NCBI RefSeq assembly: GCF_036321535.1
Contig: NC_087438.1
Coordinates: 1,738,001 to 1,802,000, forward strand
DNA from: Camelus dromedarius
Lineage: Eukaryota
Direction: 5' to 3'
Length of the DNA stretch: 64,000 nucleotides
Below the pieces are notes generated by a model. That model saw only the letters and a list, made by a program, of their open reading frames with translations, was not told the origin of the DNA and ran no database searches. Each line of letters begins with the position of its first letter. Within the stretch, counting starts at the first letter, position 1. Of this stretch, positions 22,560 to 36,030 are shown in pieces. The position numbers and the translations under genes were made by a program.

Positions 22560-25500
22560 TCTTCTTGTGATTTTAGTTTAAGATGGTAAATGGCTTTCAC
22601 GTGCTTCTTGAACATTCTTGTATTTTTGTTCATGTATGGCATGTTGAAGTATTTGCCCACATTAAAAAGATTGGCTTCGTATTCTTATTATTGAGTTACA
22701 GGAATTTCTTTATATCTTTTGGATGGGATGTAAAACCTTGGCCTGACATATGCACTGTGAACATTTCCCCCAGTCTGCCGCATGCCTTTTCTTTTTTTAG
22801 AATCTGTTCAAATTCAATTTATCAATATTTACTTCATGGGATTTATGCTTTTTCATCCTAAAAAATCTCTACCTGACTCAATGTCACAAAGATTTTCTAT
22901 TAATTCTTCAAGAAATTTTATAGTTTTATATTTAGGCCTATGAACCATTTGGTGTTTGGCATTTTTTTTTTTTAATTAAAAAGACCACCCTCTTCCCAAC
23001 AACTTGCCTTACCTTCTTTGTAGAAAAGCAGTTGACCACTAAGTGCACGTCTGTTTCTGTGCTGGCCGTTCTGTCCCACTGATCTCCATGTCTGTTTTAA
23101 TGCTGATCCCACTATTACTGCGGCAGACTTGGAAATCAGACTAAGTTCTCCATCCTGAATCCATTTTACAACAGTCTTAGCTAGTCCAGATCCACTGCAT
23201 TTTCATACAGGTTTTAGAATCAGCCTGTTATCATCTAGTGAAAAGCCTGCTGGGATCTTGATTTGCATTGCAGTTCATCTACCAATGAACTGGAGGACAT
23301 TTCACGTTGTAACAGCCCTGAAAATCCCATCAGTGAGCGTGGCATGTCTTGCTGTTTATTTAGGTTTCTTTAATTTTTTTTAGCAGCGCTCTGTAGTTTT
23401 AAGTATACAGATATCACATGTGTTTTGATATTTTTCTTCCCACAACATATTTTTGATGCTATTGATAATAAATATTTTTAAAAATTCATTTTCTAACTGC
23501 TTCTTGCTAGCTTTTAGCAAAATACAATTAATTATGCTATATTGACCTTTTATCATATCCTTGCTAAATACATTTCCTATTTGTAGAAACTTCTGTAGAT
23601 TTCTTACGTTCTCTATGAATTAAGACAACTTTATTTCTCCCCTTGCAATCTGCATGACTTTTGTCCTCTTCTTGCTTTCCTTCACTAGATAGAACATGTG
23701 GGCAGTGCTGATGAAGTGGGGGGAACGGACATCCTTGCCTCGTTCCGTCTTGGGAGGAAAGTGTGCAGTTTTTCACTATTAAATGTGATGTTAGCTGTGG
23801 ATGAAGTGCAAGTGGTCTCTATTAGGCTGAGAATACTCCCTGCTTCCCTTAGTTTGCTTGGCATTTTTAATCATGAATTGAGTGTGGAATTACGTCAAAT
23901 GCTTTTTCTCCATCTATTGAGGTAGCTGTATGGTTTTTCTTCTTTATTTTGTTAATGTGGTGAGTTACATTGATTGATTTTTAAATGTCACGGTAAGGCT
24001 GAATTTTTTAGATGAACCCCGTTTGGTCATAATACATATTGTTTTTGTTGCCGACTTTAATGTGCTAGTATTTTGTAAAGGAATTTTCATCCTATTTTTC
24101 ATGATGGATTTTTGCCAGTTTTCTTTTCTTAGAATGTTTTTGTCTGGTTTTGATACCTTGGTATCCAAGTAGCTCTGGTCTCACAAAATGTTTTGGAAAG
24201 CATTTCCTCCCTCTATTTTCTGAAAGATTTTGTGTATTACTGTTATTTTTTCAAAATTGGTGAGTGTATCACCGAAGTCATATGGGCCTAGAATTTTCTT
24301 TGGGGGAAGTTTGTGAATTACAAATATAATTTTTAGGTAGATACAGAATCATTCAGGCTTTCTAAGCTGTCTTATATATGACATCTTTCAATAAATGTCT
24401 CCATCGTGTCTAAGCGGTTAAATGCACTGGCAAAGATCATTTTACAATCTTCCCTCCTCATCATTTCAGCGTCTTCGGGACCTGTAGCGATGTGCTCCCC
24501 CTGATTCTTTTTATAAGATTTATTTTTAATTTTTCTGGGGGAGGTAATTAGGCTTGTTTAGGTTGGTTGGTTGGTTTGTAACACAGGGACTGGGGGTTAA
24601 ACCCCGGACCTCGTGCGTGCCAGGCACGCCCTCTCCCCCTGAGCTGTCTCCTCCCCCCACTCTTGACACAGATGTGTGACGTCTTCTCTGTTTCTCTTAC
24701 TCAGTCAACCAGGGATTATGAATTACATTGATTTTTTTCAAAGACTGAGATTTGGCTTTATTGGCTTTTCCTTGTAGCGAGTCCATTTTACGTGTAATTG
24801 GCTTCAGCTCTGCTCTCTGTTGTCCACGTCCTTCTCTTACATTGTCTTTGCCTTGATAGCCTGTGGTTGCTGTTTGGCTTCTAAAGATGGCGGCTCGGAC
24901 CCTTTAGGCTCTGCGCCTCTCCTGACACAAGCATTTACTGCTGTACATTTCCTTCTAGGCACTGCTTTCTGCTGTTTAGTTAAAAATAGTCATTTTTGTT
25001 GAGTTAAAAATATTTTTTAAATTTTCCTTCTTTCTCGCTCTCTTCTTTGACCATTTGGTTATTTACACATATTTTGCTTAATTTCCAAATACCTGGGAGT
25101 TTCATAAATGCATTCATATTGTTTGTTTCTAATTTAGTATCATCATGTCAGAGAATACACTCTGTGTAATTTAATCCTTCCTGAATTAATTGAAACTTAT
25201 TTCTTGGTCCGTTATTTGGTCTCTGTGGGGGAAGATTTTAGATTCAGCCCAGAGGTTACAGATCTGCTGGTCTAAGGCAGAGCAGTCTATCAAGGTCGAT
25301 TTATCAAAAACAGTTGATGGTATTGTCTAGGTCTGCTTTGTCCTAAATGATTTTCTGTCTTGTTCTATCGAGTGCTGAGAAAGGAGTGCTAATTTACCAA
25401 CTGTACAGGTCTATTTCTCCTTCACTTTATCAATGTTTTGCCTCATGTGTTTCAGTACATTATTATTAGGTGTATACAATTTTATGATTGTTACATTCTT

Positions 25501-27350
25501 GATTAATTGACAGTTTCATTGTTATATAATATCTTTCTATATACATGGTAACACTTCTTCTAATCCTAGAGTCTGCATTGTCTGATACCAAGACACTCAC
25601 TTCAGCTTCTTATGGTTAGTGTTTGCATTGAATATCTTTTCTTATTCTTTTACTTTTAATATAGCTCTAGGTCCATATTTGAAGCTTGTATCTTGTGGAC
25701 AGCACATAATTGGGTCTTATTTTTCTATTTAAAAACCTAACGGTCTCTGCCTTTTAACTGGTGTTTTTAGATCCTTTATATTTGATATAGCTGTTGTTAT
25801 CATTTGATTTGTCTATAATATTGCTGTTTGTCCGATCTGTTCTTTTCCTTTGTTTATCTTTTTCTGCCCTTTTTAGATTCAAAAAAAAGTTTTTATTATT
25901 CCTCTTTATCTCCATTATTGGCCCAGTAGATATACGTCTGTTTAATTATACATATTTTAGTGGTCTCTTGAGTTTATAATATGTAATGCTAATAAAACCT
26001 GCCTTTAAATAGTATACCTCTAATATGTAATGTAAGACCCTTACAAGAGTATGCTTCCATTTCCCAATGTTACATATTTTATTTATACGTATGACATAAA
26101 ACTCATAATGCATTATTATATTTGTGCTGTAAATAGTAAGTTATCCTTTAAAAATCAACATTGAGAAAATAATCTCAACACTTATGTACATATTTACCAT
26201 TTCTGGAGTTTTTTATTTTATTTTATTTTTTTATGTAGGTCCAAGTTCCCATCTAGCATTGTTTAACTTCAGCATGAAGATTTTTATTTTTAATTAATTT
26301 TGCTTGCCTTCAATCAATTCTTTGAGGTTTTTTTTATCAAAAAAAAAAAATCTTTATTTTGCCTTGTTTTGAAAGCAGATTCCCTGGACAGAATTATAGA
26401 ATTTTTCACTGTTTTCTGGCTTCCACTGATTCTAAGGAGACGTCAGTGGTCATTGTTATCTTTGTACCACTGCATCGTGTGCACCAGCCCTGGCCCTGGC
26501 AGCCTTGTGCAGTTTCCTTTGTATCTACCCTGAGTGGACTTTGATAGGTTTCTCCTTTCTGCATGCTCAGTTTTCACCAATTTGGAAAAATGTTGATTGT
26601 TATTTGTTCAAATATATTTCTAACCCTTTCCTCTTTCAGAGAATTTAAATGTACTTAGATTGTTCGATATTTTCCAGAGGTCACTAAGGTGCAAATTTGT
26701 TTGTTTGTTTCTCTCTCTCTTTCTTTCTTTCTTCAGTCTTATCCCCCACCCTCCGCTGTGCCTCTTTCTGAATATGTTATATTGGCACATCTGTAAGTGC
26801 CCTGATCTTTCCTTCTGCAGTGTATAGCTTGTCTCATTCTTTTGAAGATTACACCATTTCCATGGCATGAAAGTAGAATGCCATAATTTATTTGCTAATT
26901 TCCCTAATTAGAGGCATCTATATTATTTCTAGTTGTTTGCTGTTTCCAATGACCCCGCCACAAGCATCCTTACACATATATTCTTATTGACTTTTATTTC
27001 TTAGTGATAAGGTTCCAGACCTGGGATTTCTGGGTCAAAAGGCATATGTATTTTTAAATTTCAAAATTATTGCCAAGTGTTCTTTTCCAAATATTCTGTC
27101 TCAAACATATCCCTTTGATTATACACTTATATACAAGTTACACCAAATAATGGGGCAATTTCCTATGTTTTCTTTAAGCAGTTTTTTTGTTTTTAATCTT
27201 TTCCTCCTTGGCTTAATGGCCCCCCTGATTTCCCTCTGCCCTCAAAATTACACTTTTCCACGGTGCTTAACCTGCTAAACCCATCAGTGATTTTTTTTTT
27301 TTAATTTCAAATATTGACTCCTTATCTCCAGAAATTCCATGTGGCCCCTG
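22560..27350 (-). mobile_element. Long degenerate L1 (ORF2 through ORF1 region), antisense, containing a SINE and a second L1 fragment (~26870-27090)
   Basis: ORF 23564-23776 contains the RT motif GTRQGCP; continuous T-rich antisense L1 motifs such as ttttagaatcagcctgt, aagcctgctgggatcttgatt and gtcagagaatacactctgtg. Confidence 0.85.
24507..24658 (-). mobile_element. Camelid tRNA-derived SINE (vic-1 type) inserted in L1
   Basis: ggggaggtaattagg...gggactgggggttaaaccccggacctcgtgcgtgccaggcacgccctctccccctgagctgtctcctcccc is the reverse complement of the same SINE. Confidence 0.9.
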
Positions 27351-29681
27351 GGTGGATTTTCACTAGGTGCACGGTGAGAAAGGACAAAGTGGAATGTTCA
27401 GTATCATGTTGATCAAAGATAAAGGTGAAGCAGATAACAAAACATGTCTGTGTTTGTATGTAAAAAAATATATGTATGTATGTATTTGGTGCAAAATGTG
27501 TACTAAATTGCCCAGGGAGGAGAAGGTGTAATGCTGCCATAAATAATGCTAAAGTTACCTTTCTTGTGTGAGAATATATGTACGCAAGACTCTCTTATAG
27601 TTTAGAATTAAGTGCAATACAGATTATAAGGCACAATGTCTTCAGCTCCGCTAGACACACCTTCTGAGCCTGGCGATGGCAGTGATGAGGTACTGGGTTG
27701 GTATTTGACCATCGAATCAAATAAAAAAAATATAAGTTTATTTATATCTGTTGTTCCTTCTGCCTTTGGCTTTGTAAATGGCTAGCATGCTTGTTGTTTG
27801 TCTGTTTCATTCAAGGTTTCACATCTGGGTTGGGAACCAGCTCAGTCTAACCTTCGCAGGAAGGGAAAGGAAGACATAAATGGAAAAGTGTTACGCAGCA
27901 CAGACACCTTTCCCTTGTCAAGGATTCAGTGACTAAATACAGGCGAGTCACTGTCGTCAGCTGGAGGGAGCATGCTGGAAGTTCGTTAATACATTAGACT
28001 TGGAGAGGATCAATTCTAGAAAAAAGAGACTAATATTTATGAAATTGTATAATTTTTCTTTATAAAAGATGTATTTTAAGCTTAGTGGCAGATCTCAAGA
28101 TCCTGTCTGCCATGGGGAAAAAAAATGATATATCTGCTATAGATGAACATTTTCAAACATTAAATATCAGCCTCTTAGCAACCACAGAGATTTAAAGAGT
28201 TCACTTTCTCAATAGCCGTTGAGAAGTGTGTCAATGATGAAATGTTTCCTGAAGAAAGATACTGGGCACCATCGGCATGAGGCTCCCACGGAGGCTCAGG
28301 TGATCGATGGTCTCGCTTCACACGACGGCACTTGCCTGTGGTCGTGATGTATGTCCCCGCTTCACAGCCGTCTTGGCAGGAGAAGCTGAGTGTCAGGACC
28401 TGGGGTGGTGTCCAGCGGGCTTTGGGTGACTTCTGAGTGAGTCTCGTTTGTAATCCGTTTGATGATTTGACACATTGTATCAGGCAAGAGCAAATGCGGT
28501 ATTTCTGAGAATTGATACTTCAGCTCTTCGCAACCCAAATATTTGTATTTCGATTCTGAACCAGGCAGATAACAAGAGCTCAGCTACTCATTTCCCTGAA
28601 AGGAAAGGTGCAGCAGTGAGCGGACCAGCTTCACAAGCATTATTCTACTGGCTGCACGGAGCGCAGGTAAGTGCCCGACTGGGCAGAGGGTCCGCAAGGG
28701 GGGCCCAGGGCCCCACTGCCTTAGGGAGGACGTCATGGGCGCTGAAACTCACCCGCAGAAACTTACCCTCTACTGTGACACACTGTTTTAGACTCTGGGT
28801 GTGGTTTGTCATTTGTTTCAAATGCAGATTGTTCTCGAAATACTGAAGACCCCTCTGTGATTCCTGGCCTCAGGCCAGGCAGTGGTTCCCCGCGTGTTCC
28901 GCAGGTTCCTCTGAGCCTCAGCCAGCGCAGCCGCGGACAGGTGGGAGCGCTGAGAACACCCCGCGGGCTGGGGAGGGGCGCGGGTGGGAGGCTCGCACCC
29001 TTTGCCTCAGAGCTCTGCTCTGTGCCGCTGGGCGCATGGTTCCAGATCATCTGTGTGCCCTGCCGACCACTCTGCCTGGAATAGCACTTTGTCTGGGGAC
29101 ACTAGTAAACGCGCCACCAGAGAGTCAAGACCCACGCAGAGCGGAGCGCTCCTCAAGCCAGGTAAGGACTGGCGCCTGAGATCACATTTGCTGGGAAAAT
29201 GGAAGGGCATGTATCTAGATTTTTTTTTTTTTTTTAGCAACTTCAAAATGTCACATAGGTGATGAATTTAGGACTTTTGATTAAATATAAATTCCCAACA
29301 AATCATCATTGATAAGGATTCTGTCTCAGCCTGATCCTATCTTAGTTCTTGTTTATAAACCCCTGGTGTCTAGACTTGAACGTGGAGGCCGTGAGTACCT
29401 GCCCGACAGACCTGAACAGGGGGCTTAACCGGATGCGTCTTTGAAGGGTAACAGACCTGGGCACATTTCAGCTACTGGGACTGAGGAAAATAAAATATGG
29501 GCATTTCCCCAAGAACTGACAAGAGGGGGCATTTACTCCAAAAGAGATTTATTTGGGGGTCCCTTCAAGGGGTATTTATTCAAATGTGTACGGAGCCTCT
29601 TCACGAACCTGCCCTGTGTGTGAAGGGACACACCGAGGAAGCGCTATGCCGAGCTCACCGCGCCGGGGACCGCAGGGGTGC

Positions 29682-30197
29682 TGTGTGAGTTTGCCGGGCC
29701 GCCCTGACAAGGCGCCCCAGCTGGGAGGTCTTTTCTTTTATTTCAACTTAATTTAATGTTAATTTTAAAAGGGGATCCGGTTTATTTATTTGATTACTTT
29801 TTAATGGAGGCGCGTGGAATGAACCCAGAGCCTCGTGCACGCTAAGCACGCACCCTCCCCCTGAGCTAGGCCCTCCCCGCGCTGCCGCCCTCCCACCCTC
29901 AGGGAGTCTTAAACAGCGGAAGTTTATTTTCTCATGTGCTGGAGGCTGCGGGCTCCAGACCAAGGCACCAGCAGGGGTGGTTTCTGGAGAGGCCACTCTC
30001 CTTGGCCCCCAGATGGCATTCTCGGTATCGTTCCTCTGACTGGACACTTGTCTGGGTGACCTGGGGCTCAGCCTTCCAGCTTCATTTACCTTAACCTGTT
30101 TACAAAGGCCCTGTCTTCAAGCAGTCACATTCCAAGGCGCTGGGGGTTAGCGGTTCAAGACAGTAACGGAGGAAAACACCACTCGGCCCGTCCCAGA
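29682..30197 (-). mobile_element. MaLR solo LTR (MLT1A-like) interrupted by a SINE
   Basis: tgtgtgagtttgccgggccgcc...[SINE]...cttaaacagcggaagtttattttctcatgtgctggaggctg...aaaggccctgtcttcaagcagtcacattc...gggggttag. Confidence 0.82.
29733..29899 (-). mobile_element. Camelid tRNA-derived SINE (vic-1 type) inside MLT1
   Basis: ttaatggagg...gaatgaacccagagcctcgtgcacgctaagcacgcaccctccccctgagctaggccctcccc; degenerate TSD ctgggaggtctt / cagggagtctt. Confidence 0.9.
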
Positions 30198-33100
30198 CAA
30201 CGTGCCACAGAAAAGGCTTATCAGAGTGAGGGCACCTGCACCTAAATTCCAACGGCTTGAGCCCAGCGTCCCTGAGAAGTCAGTGTGTCTGAGTGGCTTT
30301 GGAAGGGCCTGCCCAGCACTCTCTCCAGGGCACCTCCAGTCCAAGCCCAGCAGTCCGGCCTCCAGCCCGGGCAGTGCGGCTCTGGTGTCCCTCATGTGAA
30401 GGTGTCAGGATGAAGGGTGCATCACGGTGGGGGGCCGGGGGCCGGGATTGCATGGCTCCCTCCGCAGGGAACCCGCCTCTCTGGGACTTAGCGCCGCAGC
30501 TATTTCTACTTGGCCATTTGTGATCAGAAAAAGCTTGTCAAAACTTTGAGTGGCTGTCTAAGGAGAGAATGTGACATGTGACAGTGGTGTGACAATGTGA
30601 TAGATTCTCCAGTGGGAGGGGCTGGTGCCTGAATGTCTGGACAGGAAACCACGCGGCTGCGAGAGTGAATGAATGAATGAATGAATGACCACATCAATCA
30701 GCCAGGTAACGGGGGTCACAGGCGGGCACTCTGGAAGGCTACCGCTTGCATACCTGCTTCACAGCGCTGGTGAGCGCTTGCTTTCTGTGCCCTTTGGCTA
30801 CCATAGATTTTTTATTCCCCATAATTATAATTCCAGCAAAACTTTGCAATTGTAAAATACTGCGTTCTTCAAGAAGCTCAGCTGTCACTCCCGTTGAGCA
30901 GAGCTGCGGTTTATGTTGTTCGCTCAGTTGCCTTCCTCACCCTGGGCACCCAGCTCCGAGCACCCTTTACAGGGACGGATTTATGATGGACGCCATCTGG
31001 TCTGATAGAAGGAAACAGGTATTGATTTTTAATATTTCCTCCCAACTTGTTTACTCTAGGCTAATACGGCAGCTGTGTGGCCGCGCGTCTCTGAGCGGGG
31101 ACGATTATTACCGCTGCCTTTTGATGAGATAAATTACCTAGGATGACTTGAATGGCTGAAGGGTATACTGTGATGTTATGTTGCTTCATTTACCCTTATG
31201 ACTAAATGATTATTGATTTTATATTTTTAAGCTCTTGAAACGTGAAAATAAGTTGGTAGAGGAGCCTGGCTGTGTTCGTTTTATTAATTTATTTCTGCAG
31301 GGCGTAATTCACTTTGGACCAGGTTGTGAAGGTTTTGGGTTCATGACCGGCTGCAGATACAGTTGCAAAGAAATGGCTTATTTATATAGTCATTGCAAGT
31401 AGTCCCCAAATCAATACAGTCTGGGATTGGATGATTAAACTCAGGCCCTTTGTGGGATTCAGTCCTGCAGCTGCTGCTGGAAGCATTGACCAAAGCACAG
31501 CCACGTGACCAAGGCTGCAAACCGCAAGTTTGTTCAAGTTGAAATATTATTATTATTTTATTATTTTTGCTCATCTTTTTTTTTTTTTTTTTTTCTTAAT
31601 CTGCTACATTCATTCAATGACATTTTAACAGCCTGGAAAAAAAAGAAGTGGTTGATTGACTGCTTCAGTGAAATCAGTCATCTGCATTCAAAGAGGTGGC
31701 TCCCAGGTCTTCCAGAATGTCCCTGTGTGGACTCGGTGTGGACTTTGATCAGAGGTCCTGGGCTGCTCTGAGTTTGGTCCTGGCTGCTTCTGCCGGCAGC
31801 AGGAGTCCGAGGTGTCCGCCAAACCGTCAGCTACTCTGATGCTTCTCAAGGGCTCTGCTCCTCTGTGCGCCGGGCAGCCTGCGTGCTTTGGGGAAGTGTT
31901 GACCGCTCTGTCATCATGTCGTGTGCTGGCCTGATGAGCGCCTGTCTGAAGTGTGCCTGTATCACTGCACTTCACATCTGATACCCCCTGGTCCGGGGCA
32001 GAAGCACTGGCGATACAAAATTGGAAGGTTTTGTTTTTATTTTTCATCATTTCCTCCCAATTTATTTTTGTAGGTTTTATCGCGTTCACCTCAAACCATC
32101 TATTCCTTGCTAGGAGGAATGTCTGGTTTGAGTGTCGAGCCTCAGAGCATCTCTGAGATCCAGTTTTCCATTTCTTGGGTCACCTTCCCCGCTTGCCCCG
32201 CACTGTACTCAGTGACAAGAGAGGCTCCGCCCCTGTGAGGGGCGTGGGAGCAAGAGGGACCAACTTCCCAGGGAAATCCTGCGTTTATTTACTCAGACCG
32301 TCAGACCCCAGCGTGAACCGAAGATGGCGGTGGGGTTCGTGGTGATATTGGCGGTCCAGGCTTCACCTTCATTTCAGCAGAGCTCTCCACCCAGGACCTC
32401 CCCCGCCCCTCGCCCCGCCCCGCTGCGGCCCTCAGGAGCTTCAAGCGGAGCGCCTGCAAGTCCACTGCTGGGTCTTGTCCTGACGTGGTATTTTAAAAGC
32501 CAAAACTTTGCATACCAGTTGAATTTGGTAGTGCTACTCTTTGCCTTGGAGATTTATTTCAGCTAAAGTTGCATGTTTGTAGAGCTTAAAACCTGCAGAC
32601 AGAGGTGAGCACTTCATCCTGCAGGAGGAGCGAACATGCCATTTCCTCCCCAAGACAAGACTTCACATCTTGGTCAGTCATAGAGACACAGTTCACAGAG
32701 TTTAAAAAAAAAAGGGTGTAAAGCCGTTTTTCTTACTTCAGTCAGTGTGTATGTGTAATTAATATGCAGTAAGTTACACGGCTCCGGTTTAAAGCTTGTT
32801 TAAATGCATAGAATTGGAAGTCGACTGAAGAAATAAAATAACTTTTGGAGCAGTGCAATGTAATATGTTGATCAATTTTATAGGGGAGTGGTGCATATTT
32901 AATCAATCACCTCGTGACAATTATTCACGCCGGTCGGAATCAAGGGCTCCATTAGAGCCGAAGAACGGCTTCATTACAGATGACCCGTGAAAGCGTCAAG
33001 CCCCGGCTGCGAGGACAAGTAATTTCCTTTCCCCTTAAAACCACCAGACGGGGCGATGGGGGTGGGGCGGGTGATGGAGTGCGTAATCCCGCGATTACAA

Positions 33101-35769
33101 AGAGAAGCCTCAACGGTGAATTTGACAGCTCGGTTGGACAGGGGAGTGGAGAAGGGTTCTCAGTGCCGGCTGTGTCCCTTCCAGGAGCTTTTACTTTTAT
33201 AAATTAAAAGGACGAGGACGAGCAGGGTGGCGGTGGGCTCTTGCTGGACTTCTCTCTTCATCCGACAGTGTTTGCTTAGGATGTCGGAGAGACGCGCTTT
33301 CGGGACCGGTGACTTTCCTCATGATGCCTCTCGGTGGGCTCTCGGCTCCATCGTGACTGATGCCCGGGCCTCGTGGACCGGCATCGGGACGGCAGAGGGA
33401 GGCCCGTATGCCAGCGGAGTCAGCGCGAGCTCCCGGGCCGGCCGCGAGCGCTCTGCACACGTTGATCATTGTGGCTCCTTTTCTACCCCAGGGCAGTCTG
33501 GACAGTCGATGACCCTCTGCATTTCACCGAATCCATGTCTTCATCTTTCAGCATCCGCCGAGAGTCCTTGACGTTGATCAGTGTCCAGAGGCCGAGATAG
33601 GTTCCGGGTTCCAGGAAGTCTGGCAGACATTTTTCCGAGTGAAAAATATTTTCTTTCCCAAACGACCCAGTGGTGAAAATGCGCTGCTGAGAGTGTCAGG
33701 GCTCCACGGCCCGGGGAAAAGCCCTGCGGAGGAGAGCGCCTCCTCTGGCTTCACTGCTCCCTGCCCGGCTGCGTGGGCGCTGGGGAGCGAGGGTTAACCT
33801 TCACTTTTTGCGGTCCTGTCAGATGCCAGCCCTCGTGTAGTGATGAGTGTGCAGACATTTGAATTTAACTGTAATTATTGATGGTCTCCTTAGCTGTTAG
33901 AATTTTTCTAAAATTGGGCAAGTGCCGAGGGCTTTTCCCAGCTTTAACGGAAACAGAATCTGAAGATTTTTAGGTTTTCGAAAGTTGAGCCAGCCTTGGC
34001 CACCCCTGCGACTGATCCTTAAACCCGACTTTTCCCGGTCGCTTTGAACCTCGCCATCTGTGGGGGCTCCCCCACCTGGGGAGCCTGGCGCAGAGCAGAC
34101 CCCCACGTGCGCGAGTTCAAGTGGCCGCTTTGGGGGCTGATGGCTATTGACGCTCGTCGGGGTTTCTGAGATGTTATCTCGCCCCGTGGAGCGTCTGCGG
34201 TGGCCGTTTACACCGTGTCTGGTGACTGTCGAATCACCATCGATCCCTCGTGTGTAGGACGCATGTCAAACAACCTCACGCATTTAAATGGCGATTATTC
34301 CACTTCTCTGTCTGCGACGAGATAAGATCAAAAGGCGTCCCCTGTGCGGTAGACGGGCCGACAGCGAGCTGCGCTCGCCGCTCCGCCCAGGTTGCGCTCA
34401 CAGCTCCGCCGCAGCCGAGAGTATTTAATAATTAACTTTCTGAAACAGCTTGAGATGCTGGGCCTGCAGAAGAAGGAGGCTGGCAGATGGAGGCACAGCG
34501 TCCCGGACTTGCGGGTAAAGGCGTCTTTGGCCGTGGGAATGCGGCCGCGGGAAGGACTGCTTTCAAAGATCCTGGGAAATCATTCTGTGTGCTTAATTTC
34601 CTCCTTGTTTTGTACAAAGACTCCTGAAGAAATGAGAACCAAATTTAGACCGGTGTGTGATTTCCCCCAGGCTGGAGTCACCGTGCCTGGGTGGGCTGGG
34701 AGGCCCCGGGAGCCCCGCCGCGGCGAGGCGGCCCCCTCCGCTCTGCCTCCGGGCCGGCATGGTCACTGTGCCGTGTCAGTCATCAGATGGTGCCCGGCGT
34801 GGGCCGCTGGGTCAGGACGTCTGGTCACGTTTGTTTGGGGGCAAAGCAAGCTGATTTTTTTGTTGCTGCAGCATTTTCTTAATAATAGCATTTTTCCCTT
34901 TTCAGAATACATTTTGGATGGCAGTTTTTGGAAATCTCTGGAACATAACAAAGAAATACTTATTATTATGGAGGGGGCTAATGTTACATTGAATTCAATC
35001 TAAGGAAACGTTATAGCCGTTAGAAAAATAAAACTCCACCAAAGCTTAACAGGAGGAGGAACATACACATGTATCAAACGACACTTTTGCAAACTGTGGC
35101 CCCACCAGTCCCCCGGTGACACGCCTTGTGTGGGCTGGAAGCCCTCTCACCCCCACCTCCTCCTGGAGAGGGGTCGGGCGGGGTCTCCCTGCTCACCCCA
35201 GACGGAGGCGCCTGTGGCATCACTAGGAGGTTTATTCAGATGGTCTCCTTGTACCATGTAATTTTTTCTCCCTTTCCGTGACGTTTATCGGGATGTATCC
35301 TGCTTAGTTGGCGTCACTAACAGAACACCAAGGGCAACTGCAGAATCAGAGCAAGGCTGAGTTCTTCCAGGAAACCGCAGGTTCAATTTTAACGTCGAGT
35401 TTGCCAGGCGGAATGATTTGTTTCCGTGGACTGGCTCACATTTGCAGGTGAATAGTTCATAGTGCGAAGTGGACTGAAATATCGCCTTTTAAGCTTCCCA
35501 GAGGCTCTTGGATCTTGTCTTACACAAAATCCAGTGCCTGACGAAGGAGGGGAAACCACAGCAATCGACCTGAACCTCAGGTAGAAAACCCGAAGCTGCC
35601 CCGGGGTGCACCTGCCCCGGGGCCCGGGCCTCCTGGCGGTCCCTGTCCTGCCTCCCCCAGCGACCCGCCTGCCCTGGGATGAAGCGGCACCACGAGCAGT
35701 GGATTCTCCAGTTTTTCCCTTGAGTCACCCGAACACCACACTGCAGCTGCCATGTGGGAACTGAAGACA

Positions 35770-36030
35770 GTGGCCGTGGGAGAAAGAGGTCATGTGAAGG
35801 CAGGGGGAGAGAGGACGGACACCCCTGTGAGCCGGGGGAGGCCGTCTCCAGGGCCAGAAGCAGACAGAGGCCAGGAAGCCTCCTCCGCAGCAGCTTCCTG
35901 AGGGAGCATGGCCCTGCTGGGCCTTGACTTTGGGCTCTTCTCCTCCAGAACCGTGGGACGGCACATTTGGGTCGTCTCAGGCCTTCCCGTTTGTGGCGCT
36001 CAGGAAACTGATCCCGACCCATTGAATACA
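35770..36030 (+). mobile_element. MLT1 LTR 3' portion
   Basis: gagggagcatggccctgctgggccttgactttgg...ctccagaaccgtggga...gaataca. Confidence 0.75.
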
